A DNA stretch of 34,399 nt from Capsulimonadales bacterium (GTDB lineage Bacteria > Armatimonadota > Armatimonadia > Armatimonadales > Armatimonadaceae), in the NCBI GenBank assembly GCA_033762295.1, contig JANRLW010000080.1, positions 1-34,399 of the forward strand. Reading direction: 5' to 3'. Every line of letters starts with the position of its first letter. The first letter of the stretch is position 1. The notes below the pieces were generated by a model. The model saw nothing but the letters and a program-made list of their open reading frames with translations, did not search any database and was not told the DNA's origin. Below, one piece after another: positions 1 through 9,800 of this stretch. A program made the translations under genes and the position numbers.

Positions 1-3000
1 GCGTACAGTGCGGGCACGGGAGTTACTCCGTTGTAGGCGGCAGTCGGTCCGACGGACGAGTTAACCGTCCGGCCGGCATCCACCGCTGCGGACAGGGATC
101 CTGCCGCCCTGACCAGATCGATTCCCGCTACCTCCGCCTGAATGAAATTCGCGGTCGGCGGAATATCGGGGTAGTCCTGGCTGATATTATTCAGGGCGGA
201 CGGGTTCCAGGGTTGCGTATCCGTGGGCGCCGTCTCCCACGGAAGCGGGTTGATCCGTCCGAGGAAGTCCATTCCGACCGGCGTATTTCGGGGGTTGTTC
301 CGATTGATCGCCGGCGTTACGGAAGTCGCCGGGACGTTCGCGGGTGCGTTCGGAATCACGCCCGGCCAGGAGCGCCAGAGGGCGGATTTATCGGCGACGA
401 CGCGGACGCCGTCCAGCGTCGGCAGAAGGCTTCGGTTGAGGATGCGAAGCGTGTTCTGCACCTCGTTGATACTGCTTTGCGCGGCTTTTCCATGCTCGGC
501 ATAGCCAGTTCCGGCAATGACCGGGAAGTAGAACTCCGGTTCATCACCGCCCGCCGCTTGCTGCAGGATCTGGCGGAAACGCGGGTTTAGCCCGGTTCCG
601 GTCTCGTTGTACCGATCCAGGACCCTTCGTCGCAGACGGTTGCCCTGCGTCAACGCCTGACTGTACGCGAATCCGGCCTTATCCGGAGTCAGAGTGGTGA
701 CGTTGGCGCGCGGCGCAATTTGACTCTTGACGCCGACCGGATTACTCTCCGCGGCGAACGGACCGATTCCGTTCTGGGTATCCCCGACGCCGACCGGCAG
801 ACCGGCCAGTTCCAGTTGTCCGGCCGCATTCGGCGCGGTACTGGCCATGTAAGCCTGGACAGCCAGAGGGTTGGCGATCGCGAACCAGACGTCGCTGTTG
901 TTCACTGAGTTTTCCAGCGCCTGGGTGGCAATACCGCGCCTTCCGTCAGCGCGCAGATACTCCTGCGGCAGGGCGGTAACGCTGATCAGCGCACCGGGCG
1001 AGAGCGGTCGGGTGGAACTGGCGCCGTTGATTTCCAGAGCGTACAGTGCAACGCCGACCTGTCGTCCGTTGAAGGTGTAGGCGGAGATGGCGTTGTTGGT
1101 TCCCCGCAACATCGACACCTGTTCCCGACCGGATTCGGTATCGGCCTCGGCGCCCTGCCGGAAAACGAGCGTCACGCTGCCGTTTCCGGTGACGAAGTAG
1201 TCGCTCGGCGTCTCCGGCTGAGTGCTCGCGATCAGGTTATAGACGACGATGTAGACGGTTTCGCCCCATTCATAAAAATTCTTCAGTCCCCTTCGGGCGA
1301 AGGAGCCGTTGGAAATATTGGTGGGCGTCGCGTCGGACAGGACGCCGTCCGCGGCATCACTACGAATCTGTTCGTAGGTCGCCCGGTCGACGATCGCGAT
1401 ATAGGGCGTTCCGGGGACGTTGTCGCCGAAGAACCAGTTCGGAGTTCCGGCGACGAAACCGCTACCCTGGCCGACGACGGTCGGCGTGTAGGCATACAGC
1501 AGTCCGCCCAGACCTCCGGCGTAAATCCAGGTAACTCCCTGGCCTGCCGGGTTAACATCGTCCACCAGGTTCGCACCGGCCTGAATGTCGGCGCGCGCCC
1601 CCTCCGGCAACTGATTGTTTTTGTTCGCGGCAGGATCGATGGAATCGATCAACCCACCGATGTAGCTGTATCCGGGCAGGCGTGTTCGCACCAGATAGGA
1701 GCCGTTCGGATGCTGCGTCTGTTCGACATTGATCGGGTCGGTATTGAGGACCGTTCCCGGCAAAACGGCATTGTTCAGACCGGCGAATCGCTTGTCGAAG
1801 AAGAGACCGTTCAAATCGAGCGGGAATCCGGTCTGGCCCGTATGGCGGTCCGCCGGTACGGCGGTAACGGCGGGCGGTCCGACGGCACCGGCAACCCCCT
1901 GCGACAGGGAGCGGGGCCGGAAATCGGGCCGGGGATCGTCATTTCCATTGGTCGGGATCGCCGCCGCGGACGCGCTGCTCGGCGTCGGATTCGTTGTGTT
2001 CGGTTCTCCGTAAGGATAGTAGCGGAACGGGTCGGTCGGGTTCGCCGCCGCGCGGGCAGTATTGGCATAGGCCGGGTCGAGCGACGGGAAGTACGCATTG
2101 GTGATGACCGCCACTCCACCCGGTCCGCCCGGTCCCTGGATGGAGAACTGGAGCGAATGGATCTGCGTAAACTGGCGTTCGATCTGATCCGTGAACCCGT
2201 ATAGAGGCCATCCCACCGTGTAACTGCGTGCCGGGTCGCTGATCCGGTCTTCCCCTTCGGTGTTGGAGTTCACTGCATGCAGGTTACCGTCGACATCCGT
2301 AACCATCAGCATCGGGTACTGGAACGCCTGGTTGTTTCGGGTCTGCAGGGTCTGGTTGGGATCGGTATTGAACGCTCCGGCGGTCGTGCTGAGCGGGTCG
2401 TTGATATCCTGGTTGACGAACCGGGAGAAGTCTCGGGTCGGATCGGTCGCATCAAAACGCAACGTGCTGTCCGGACTCGTGTAATCGGGCCGGTAGATGG
2501 GCGCGTCGTTGGTCGGCAGAAGCGGAACGGTCGGAACGGTCGGTGCCGGTCGACCGGGCACCGGAACGTCGGAGTTCCGATTCTGCGGGGGTCCGGCGGT
2601 GATGGTGATCGAACTGACGCGGGAGGGAACGCCGACGAGCGGGACGGAACGCACCAGGATACGTCGATCCGCCAGCCCGCGACCGTTGACGGTCAACAGC
2701 GGGTCGGTCGGGGCGAGTCGATCGGCGACCGCCTCGACGCCCGGATAGAGTGCATCGACTCCGGGAACCGAGGGGACCGGGGTCAGGTTCTCGGTAAATC
2801 GCAGCGGGTTGGGAACGGTTCCGGTATTGCGGAGCAGCGGTCGGTAACGGGTGAACAGGCTCGTATGGAAGTCGAAGTCGATCGCATAGACGGAACCGAC
2901 ACCGCCCACATAGACCGTAGGCAGGGTCTTTCGACCGGGTACTCCCTGACGCCGGCCGGTAGCGGAGGCGTCGAACGGGTTATTTCGCAGAGCCATATCT

Positions 3001-6000
3001 ATGGAGGCGGTGGTGCCTCCGGTATTGAAGGTGTCAAAAACGTACCGGTACGTCCAGGCAGGCGGTGCGTCGCCGAGCAGGACTTTGGGCGACCAGCGGT
3101 CCCGCGGATGGGAGATGACCCGCTGTTGTGCGCCCAGCGTTCGGACGGTGGTATTGGTCAGGAGGTTAACGCGGTCGCCGACCTGATCGAGGAGGTAGAG
3201 TCGTGATTCGGTGGCGGGGAGACCGGAAGTGACGGCATCGTTGGCCTGGACGAGGACGAACGATTTCTGGACGTACTGGGAGGTCGCGACCACCGGGTCC
3301 TTCCAGGCGAAATCCACCAGAACGGGCGGGACGGTGATCGGACCGAGCGTGGTGGAGGCGTTGGCAAGGGTGCGCCCGACCACGGCGGCAGGAGCGATCT
3401 CGGCATTCGGGTCATCGGTCTTACGGGTCGTATTCGCCTGGGCGGTATCGGTAGGTTCGTCGATCCGGTTCCCGCTTCCGTCGATGTCCTGATAGAGGTT
3501 CGGGAAGGTCCACCGGGGTCGAATGGTCCCCTCCCGACGATCGGCGATGGCGCGAGGCGTCGCCGGGGTCACATTATGGAACTGATAATCGTCGTTGAGA
3601 TTGATGGCGGCGTTCGAAACCAGGCGACCGCTATCGAGGGTCGCGTCGAGCAACTGGCCGGTGGCGTCCGAATAGTTGATCGGTTTATCGGTTCCGTTTC
3701 CGTTCGGTGTCGCCTTGATCGGCCCGGTCCAGTCGAGGGTATAAAGACGTCCGTCCAACCCCGTGACGAAGACGCCCTTTTCGGCCTGCTGCTGGGGGGT
3801 GCCGCCGAAGCGGGGCTTGTTCGTTCCGGGCGCGTTGGGTCGTTTTCGAATGGTGCCTTCGCCGGCATCCTGTCGGAGTACGGAGACGGCGGGCGTCGCA
3901 TCGATACCGCCTCGCGCTCGGAACCACCAGCGGACATCCGATCGGGGAGACGCGATCACCTGATTATTGAAGTACGCCTGAACGGTGTACGAATCCTTAC
4001 GAATCGGCAGGTTGGCGACCCCGACCACGACTCCGGTCGCCGTGATCCGAACGCCTGCGTCCGCTGCGGCATCGAGGGCGTACAGAACGCCGTTTCGGTT
4101 CGCCACAAACATCCGCAACTCTTCGGTTAGCGGGTCCAACGCGGCGTTGGGGTCCGCAGGCGTATAGCTGTTCGGGTCGATGTCCCGGCCATCACGCTGG
4201 TAGGCGAAAACGGGAGTGGAGGCTCCAAAACTGTCCGTGGCGGGAATCTCTCGCTGGAGTCGGCGGTAGTAAAGCTCCGTGGTGGTTTCGAGATTATTGC
4301 TTCCCTGGTAGTTTTGTCGAGGAAGGCTGGTCTTTCCGAAGGTCCACAGAATGTTGGTCGTTCCGTTTCGAAACTCGCCGAAAATCCGGCTGTCGGTCGG
4401 ATGCGGAGAGTAGTCGTTGTCGTTGTTTCCGTACGCATCCAGAGCATACAGAACACCGTTGGCGGCTCCGACGAACACGACGCCGACCTCGACGGGCTGG
4501 TTGGCCCCGCCGGGCATCCAGGCGGCGCTGTAATAACGTCCGGGCGGAGAATCCATGACCCAGGGCTGTGGCGGCGCGACATTATTTCGGAAGGCCCGGA
4601 TGCGGGTCCGTCGGCGGCCATTCGCTTCGGTGACCCGGTCGTACATGGGCAACTGCACATTGCCACGCACCTTGACTCGGGGCTGGTAGCTGAGGCTGGC
4701 GAAGATGCCTCCGGAGACATTATTCCCCTGCCCGACGATGAAGACTTCATCATCGCTGATGACACCGTCACCGTCCTTATCGAGTTCGAAGATGCCGGGA
4801 ATCGGCGCGGCGTTGCCGGTTACCCCGGTTACCGGGTCGCGGACAGCGACCAGTCGGTTTCGGACGTTGGACGGCGCGTAGGTTCGGTCGGGGAACTGCC
4901 AGATCGGCGCACCGGTCGCGCCATCGTTCGCGTAGACTTTTCCGACCGGAATGGTTCCGATCCCCGCCTCATCGCGCGGATCGAGCACGTACTCGGTCCG
5001 GGCCGAGATGACCTGGAAATGCGACATAAACGGAACCGGCGGATTTGTCGTCAGGTTGGACGCATTCGCCAGGTTCGTTCGGTAGACATCGTGGTTGTCG
5101 GCATCGATCGGCGCGGCGGGTCGGGTAACGGGTTGCCCGTTCTGCAGAACGATCGGCTGATTGGTGAACGGGTTGCGTACGGGCACCTGCGGCCGGTCAC
5201 CGAGTCCCGGACTGACCCGCTGGCCGTTGAAGCGGGGGTCGATCAAAGACTCCGGTCCGCGGAACAGGGTCGTCGGATTCCAGGGTTCGAACGTCAACGA
5301 CGTGTCGCGCGGTCCGAAGAAGGCATTGAATGCAATCCCGGTATATTTGGGATCGCGCGGGTTATTGGCGAAATCGAACGATCCGTTATAGAGTTCGGTC
5401 GCGGAAACGCCGGTAAAAGCGTAGGGCGTCGTATAGTTGGGACCGGTGCGCGGCTGTAACGGTTGTTCGCCGGGATTGGTGGCCTGCTGGCGGAAGTGGA
5501 GTCCGTTATACGGAACACTGGGGCCGTTCGGCTGGTCGTAGCGTCCGGTCAGGCGTCCACCGTGCGGCGCGGTCACGATCGGCGTCCCGTAGACGGCGTC
5601 GATATTCTGAGCCAGGCGCAGCGCTTCGGCGATCACATAGAGATCGGTGCCCGAATTGTTGGTCGTATCGTCGAGCACGACCCCCTGGAACGCCGCTCCG
5701 ACGCCGGGTTGAATCGGCAACGCGGCCATATTGGAGGCGGAGGTGAAGAACGGGATAAAGACCGGGTTACCGGCCGCATCCACCAGAGTCTCCTCGCCGC
5801 CACCGGTCTGCGATACGAAGAACACGGCGGACCGTGCCTCGAAGTCGAGCAGAGGGTTGTTGGTATTGTTGATACGCTTGTAGTAGAACACCACATACCG
5901 GGCGTCGCTGATCCGGTTTTCCGCCGGGCTGGCCGTGGAAGGCGCGGGCTGCGGCAGACGAACCCGGATCGAGAGGCGAACCTGCTGGAACGGGGTGTTG

Positions 6001-6746
6001 CTGGCGATGTTGACGCCGGGTGCGGCCGGACTCGGCGCAAGAACCGTTCCCGTGTTGGGAATCGCGGCGCTTCCCAGGTTCCAGTAGAACTTGTTCTCCC
6101 GGTTATAGCCGTTCGGCGCGACGTTGGGCCGGGGTCGGGCTGCCGCGCGGAAGTAGGTTCCGGTCAGCAGTTGGGACGAAGGGCCGGTCGCCAAAACCCA
6201 GATCGCATTCCCGGTGGTGGGGACGATGGTGCCGGTGCTGTTGCTGTCGCCCGCCAGTACCGGAACACTCAGGGTCGGGCGACTGCGGAAGACGCCTCCC
6301 AGAAAACCGCGTCGCTGGTCACCCCGCAGGGAGGGATCGGAACTCCAGCCATCGAGTTCGAGCGTGCGCGGCGTCGCCGCATCGTTCGGCACGCGCGAGG
6401 TGGGCAGGATTCCCCGGGCACGATTGGCATCGAGCATTCCCCAGTACCAATCGTTTTCGGCCCGACCGCGATTCTGGGCGCTGCCGGTCCCGCGCGGGAA
6501 CGGATTGACGACGCTTTGCCGGTCCCGTGCCGGGGTCTTCGGCAGTTCCGGGGCCTGTTGCGCCTCGCCAACGGTCGGTAAGCCGACGACGAGCGTCAGA
6601 GCGGCCAGTACGGTTTTCCGGGCGTTCCCTGAAACTGCACCGTCCCGTCGGGGGGCGGGTCGCCGGTCCCGATCGGTCCGTCCGAGAATTGTCTTAAAGA
6701 TGCTCGCGAAGCTCATAATTTTAGCGTGGTTGCAACCGTCCGGCAT
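1..6746 (-). CDS. Giant secreted PQQ-like beta-propeller repeat protein, PilY1-like adhesin candidate (>=2248 aa, 3' end beyond window start)
   Basis: Not in the ORF track because it has no stop inside the window. Manual translation from ATG 6746 (alternative ATG 6716; in-frame TAA upstream at 6750-6752) stays open to position 3 (...SSVGPTAAYNGVTPVPALY), and no track ORF closes in this frame. Signal peptide ...RKTVLAALTLVVGLPTVGEA|QQ. Propeller-blade motifs VFVGAANGVLYALDA, MFVANRNGVLYALDA, VFVTGLDGRLYTLDW, LMVTDVDGNLHAVNS, IYAGGLGGLLYAYTP. EF-hand loop DKDGDGVISDDE at 4746-4781. Confidence 0.85.
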   Translation of the reverse strand, partial: MPDGCNHAKIMSFASIFKTILGRTDRDRRPAPRRDGAVSGNARKTVLAALTLVVGLPTVGEAQQAPELPKTPARDRQSVVNPFPRGTGSAQNRGRAENDWYWGMLDANRARGILPTSRVPNDAATPRTLELDGWSSDPSLRGDQRRGFLGGVFRSRPTLSVPVLAGDSNSTGTIVPTTGNAIWVLATGPSSQLLTGTYFRAAARPRPNVAPNGYNRENKFYWNLGSAAIPNTGTVLAPSPAAPGVNIASNTPFQQVRLSIRVRLPQPAPSTASPAENRISDARYVVFYYKRINNTNNPLLDFEARSAVFFVSQTGGGEETLVDAAGNPVFIPFFTSASNMAALPIQPGVGAAFQGVVLDDTTNNSGTDLYVIAEALRLAQNIDAVYGTPIVTAPHGGRLTGRYDQPNGPSVPYNGLHFRQQATNPGEQPLQPRTGPNYTTPYAFTGVSATELYNGSFDFANNPRDPKYTGIAFNAFFGPRDTSLTFEPWNPTTLFRGPESLIDPRFNGQRVSPGLGDRPQVPVRNPFTNQPIVLQNGQPVTRPAAPIDADNHDVYRTNLANASNLTTNPPVPFMSHFQVISARTEYVLDPRDEAGIGTIPVGKVYANDGATGAPIWQFPDRTYAPSNVRNRLVAVRDPVTGVTGNAAPIPGIFELDKDGDGVISDDEVFIVGQGNNVSGGIFASLSYQPRVKVRGNVQLPMYDRVTEANGRRRTRIRAFRNNVAPPQPWVMDSPPGRYYSAAWMPGGANQPVEVGVVFVGAANGVLYALDAYGNNDNDYSPHPTDSRIFGEFRNGTTNILWTFGKTSLPRQNYQGSNNLETTTELYYRRLQREIPATDSFGASTPVFAYQRDGRDIDPNSYTPADPNAALDPLTEELRMFVANRNGVLYALDAAADAGVRITATGVVVGVANLPIRKDSYTVQAYFNNQVIASPRSDVRWWFRARGGIDATPAVSVLRQDAGEGTIRKRPNAPGTNKPRFGGTPQQQAEKGVFVTGLDGRLYTLDWTGPIKATPNGNGTDKPINYSDATGQLLDATLDSGRLVSNAAINLNDDYQFHNVTPATPRAIADRREGTIRPRWTFPNLYQDIDGSGNRIDEPTDTAQANTTRKTDDPNAEIAPAAVVGRTLANASTTLGPITVPPVLVDFAWKDPVVATSQYVQKSFVLVQANDAVTSGLPATESRLYLLDQVGDRVNLLTNTTVRTLGAQQRVISHPRDRWSPKVLLGDAPPAWTYRYVFDTFNTGGTTASIDMALRNNPFDASATGRRQGVPGRKTLPTVYVGGVGSVYAIDFDFHTSLFTRYRPLLRNTGTVPNPLRFTENLTPVPSVPGVDALYPGVEAVADRLAPTDPLLTVNGRGLADRRILVRSVPLVGVPSRVSSITITAGPPQNRNSDVPVPGRPAPTVPTVPLLPTNDAPIYRPDYTSPDSTLRFDATDPTRDFSRFVNQDINDPLSTTAGAFNTDPNQTLQTRNNQAFQYPMLMVTDVDGNLHAVNSNTEGEDRISDPARSYTVGWPLYGFTDQIERQFTQIHSLQFSIQGPGGPGGVAVITNAYFPSLDPAYANTARAAANPTDPFRYYPYGEPNTTNPTPSSASAAAIPTNGNDDPRPDFRPRSLSQGVAGAVGPPAVTAVPADRHTGQTGFPLDLNGLFFDKRFAGLNNAVLPGTVLNTDPINVEQTQHPNGSYLVRTRLPGYSYIGGLIDSIDPAANKNNQLPEGARADIQAGANLVDDVNPAGQGVTWIYAGGLGGLLYAYTPTVVGQGSGFVAGTPNWFFGDNVPGTPYIAIVDRATYEQIRSDAADGVLSDATPTNISNGSFARRGLKNFYEWGETVYIVVYNLIASTQPETPSDYFVTGNGSVTLVFRQGAEADTESGREQVSMLRGTNNAISAYTFNGRQVGVALYALEINGASSTRPLSPGALISVTALPQEYLRADGRRGIATQALENSVNNSDVWFAIANPLAVQAYMASTAPNAAGQLELAGLPVGVGDTQNGIGPFAAESNPVGVKSQIAPRANVTTLTPDKAGFAYSQALTQGNRLRRRVLDRYNETGTGLNPRFRQILQQAAGGDEPEFYFPVIAGTGYAEHGKAAQSSINEVQNTLRILNRSLLPTLDGVRVVADKSALWRSWPGVIPNAPANVPATSVTPAINRNNPRNTPVGMDFLGRINPLPWETAPTDTQPWNPSALNNISQDYPDIPPTANFIQAEVAGIDLVRAAGSLSAAVDAGRTVNSSVGPTAAYNGVTPVPALY

Positions 6747-6826
6747 CGGTTACCGGTTTGCGATCGGGCGTCGTTGCCTTCCCGCAGGTCGTCGTATCGT
6801 TCATCGGTTCGTTTTCGGATTCAGGT

Positions 6827-6851
6827 CGGGCGCACCTTGAGGGCACGCCCG
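6827..6851 (-). other. Intergenic stem-loop (mRNA stability or processing element)
   Basis: Minus-strand RNA CGGGCGUGCC-CUCAA-GGUGCGCCCG, 10-bp stem with two G-U pairs; no U-tract follows. Confidence 0.55.
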
Positions 6852-6879
6852 TTCGGGTTAATCGTTCCGCGATGACAGG

Positions 6880-9800
6880 TTAGGGACGAATGGCTATCTG
6901 GGGTTGTTCCAGCAGGCCGGTATTGCTTTCGGGATTTCCCATCACCTGTCGATTCAGGCTTCGAACGCCCGTCGCGCCCGCCAGTCCCTTTTCCAGGCGC
7001 GGTGCGGCGAAGTCGCCGAAGGCGCCCCCCGTTTGCGTCGGTACGGCGTTCAAGGTGCCGGCGGTCAGGACGGAGATGGGCGGTTCGACTTCAAATGCCT
7101 CGCCGACAAACTGCCCGTTCGCAAACAATGCGTTTCTTTCGGACGCGCTGTTGGTTATCAGGAAATTGCCGTTCGCCAGCAATTGGACGGCCGCAGGCCG
7201 GAAGGAAGGTAGTTTTCCACCGCCCGGATTATTCAACCGCCCGGCATTCATGACATCGTAGTCCGCCTGAGTAAACATCCAGAGGACATTTCTCTGCGGC
7301 ACTCCGGCGTTATTATAGGTATTTTCGATCACGAACACGCCATCCTGATCGCAGATCAGAGAGACGAGCCGCTGTCTTACGTTGACCCGGTCCGGCAGGC
7401 TCAACTGCCTGTAATAGGTCGGCTTGATAATCTTCTTGATGATCGGCGGTTGGCCCGACCGAACGATATTCGCCTGATCGATCGTCTCGCCGACCAGACC
7501 GTTCCCTGTGGGTATGGTCGAGAGAGCGGAGGCTCCGGCGGCGGGTAGCGGCCAGAGAATCGTCGAGGCGATGGTACCGGCCCCGGTTCGCAGATAGATC
7601 GCGGTGTTCAACGGAGCGTACCGCAGGCTGACGATTGCGCCGCCGGTCGACTCGGTCGTGGCGTTTACGCTGCCCGTAGCCACGGTGCTGTTGCTGACCA
7701 CCGCGGCGATATAGGGGTAGCCGGTGACGTTGCCGTAGACCGGATCTCCGACCGGACCACGTCCGAGGAACCGCTGAAGGCTTTCATATCGGTACTTTCG
7801 ATCGAGCACCGATCCCGTTCGACTGGTCCAGACGAGAACGTGTTCTCCCGGTCCGGCGACCGGCGCGCCGGATGCGTCCCGGGCCGCGATCGGCAGACCG
7901 TTTTGATCGTAGTAATCGGCGACCTCGATGATCCGGTAGTTGCCCGGGTCGGCGATCAGGTAGTGAATCTCATAACCGACGACCTGATTCGCTGCGTTCA
8001 AGGTCTGGGTGGTGTAATACTGGGCGTCCGTCGGACCGCTCAGACTGGTCGGCTCTCCGTTCGTCAATAGACGGTAGGGGTCTGCGAACGAACTGAGTTG
8101 CCAGACGACCCTTCCACCGCGATCGATTCGTAGAACCCGGTTGTTTCCGGTATCGGCCATCAGATACTCGGAATTGACACGCTGTAACGCGGTCGGGCGT
8201 GCCAGAGGCACACGGGCCAGCACCTGGCGTCCGTTCGGGTTCGGGTCGCCCGGATTGACGATCGGCTGACCGTCCGGTCCGAAGACCGGCAACGCGCCTC
8301 CCGCCACAAACGTGCTGAGCGTCGAGTCGACGACCCAGCGCGCGGACGAGTCGGCGGCGACCTCGACGAGACGGCGGTTGTCGGCAACCGCGGTTACCGT
8401 ATCGTTAAACGCCGTAGTACCGAGGGAGGTGTTGAGCAGGAGCATCCCCTGCCCGCCGACGGGCGGCGCGAAACTTCGAGAGTTTGTAAAGACGCCCTGG
8501 CGTCGCTTGTCGATCCGGAAGGCCATCCGAACATGGTTGACGCGCGGCGAGAGATTCGCCCCGGATTCGTTGACCAGAGCGGACACCATATTGAGCACGG
8601 GTTCGCCGTACCCGACCCGAATCTGTCCGTCGTTGGCCGCCGGATTGGCATCGACGGCAACGATATAGGAGGCGGTGGCGGTATCGGCCGGGAAGTTCGG
8701 GTCCCGCTTCGTCATCGTATAGTAGATGTAATCGCCGACCAGTGTCGGAGAGGTTCGGGCGCCGCCCGGCAACACGTAGTACCAGAGAAGCGGCGTGAAC
8801 GCCGGGTTGGCCGGAGTCAGGGTAACGTCGTTGCCCTGTTCGTCCGAACCCGCACCATACGTCAGGGTCGCGCCACGGGGCACCGGATTGACGACCGTGC
8901 GCCGCTCGCTTCCGCCGCCCTTCGGCGTGTAACGGACGACGAAGGATTGCGACGCGGAGAACGCCTGATTATTGGCCGCCCGCGAATTGACGACGGTAAT
9001 CCGTCCCCGATCGCCATCCAGAATCAGCTGCGGCGACCCGGACCGGACGACGATCGCTTCCGGGGGATTGCGGATCGGGCTGGAAATCGCATTGAACTGA
9101 GACAGTGTGACACCGCGCGCCGTTTCAAAGGGTTCGGGCAGGTTCAGGATAATTTGCGGATTGGTCTTGAAGGCCATCAGGATCGTGACGTTTCCGCCCT
9201 CCGCCGGCACGATCGGGTTAAAGGCGTTCGTGTTGTAGTCGCTGGTCGCCTCGGCCAGGACGTACGTAATGCCGCTATTGGCGGTAATCGGCGATCCGAC
9301 GATCTTGATGTTGCGCAACGCCTCCGGATTGGTCATTCGTGTGGCGGACTGCGATGCCGGCCAGTTCGCGTCGTAACGCAGGTAATTGACCAGCGGCACT
9401 CGATCCTCGACGGTCGTTTCGTCGACGGTCTTGGTGACGGTGAGAGCGCCCGGCGCGGCGGCATCGTTGAAAACCAGATATCGCCAGCGGACCCGGGAGG
9501 TTTCGATTCCCTCCTGTTCGTTCACCGCGAAGATGGAAGGCATCTCGGCGCTGGACTGCTGCCCTGCCGCCCGGAACAGTTGTTGAACACCGAAGATCAG
9601 GAAGTCCTCCGGGGAGAAGGTCGGCGTGGTCAGTCCACGCGGACGACCGGGGATTCCGTTGATTCCCGCTGTTCCGAACGGTCCTGCGAAGGGAATCCGG
9701 AGGGCGTCGTTGTTGCGGGCGCCGACCTGGGTCGGGTTGGACGCGTAGTTGGCCGGGACGTTGTTTCCGACGATATATGCGACGTCGTAATCGACCGCGA

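Noticed and set aside
356..6571. Short minus-strand ORFs in the track within 1-6746
   Set aside because: All lie in the two alternative frames of the giant open ORF and have R/S/P-rich off-frame composition; no frameshift is needed.
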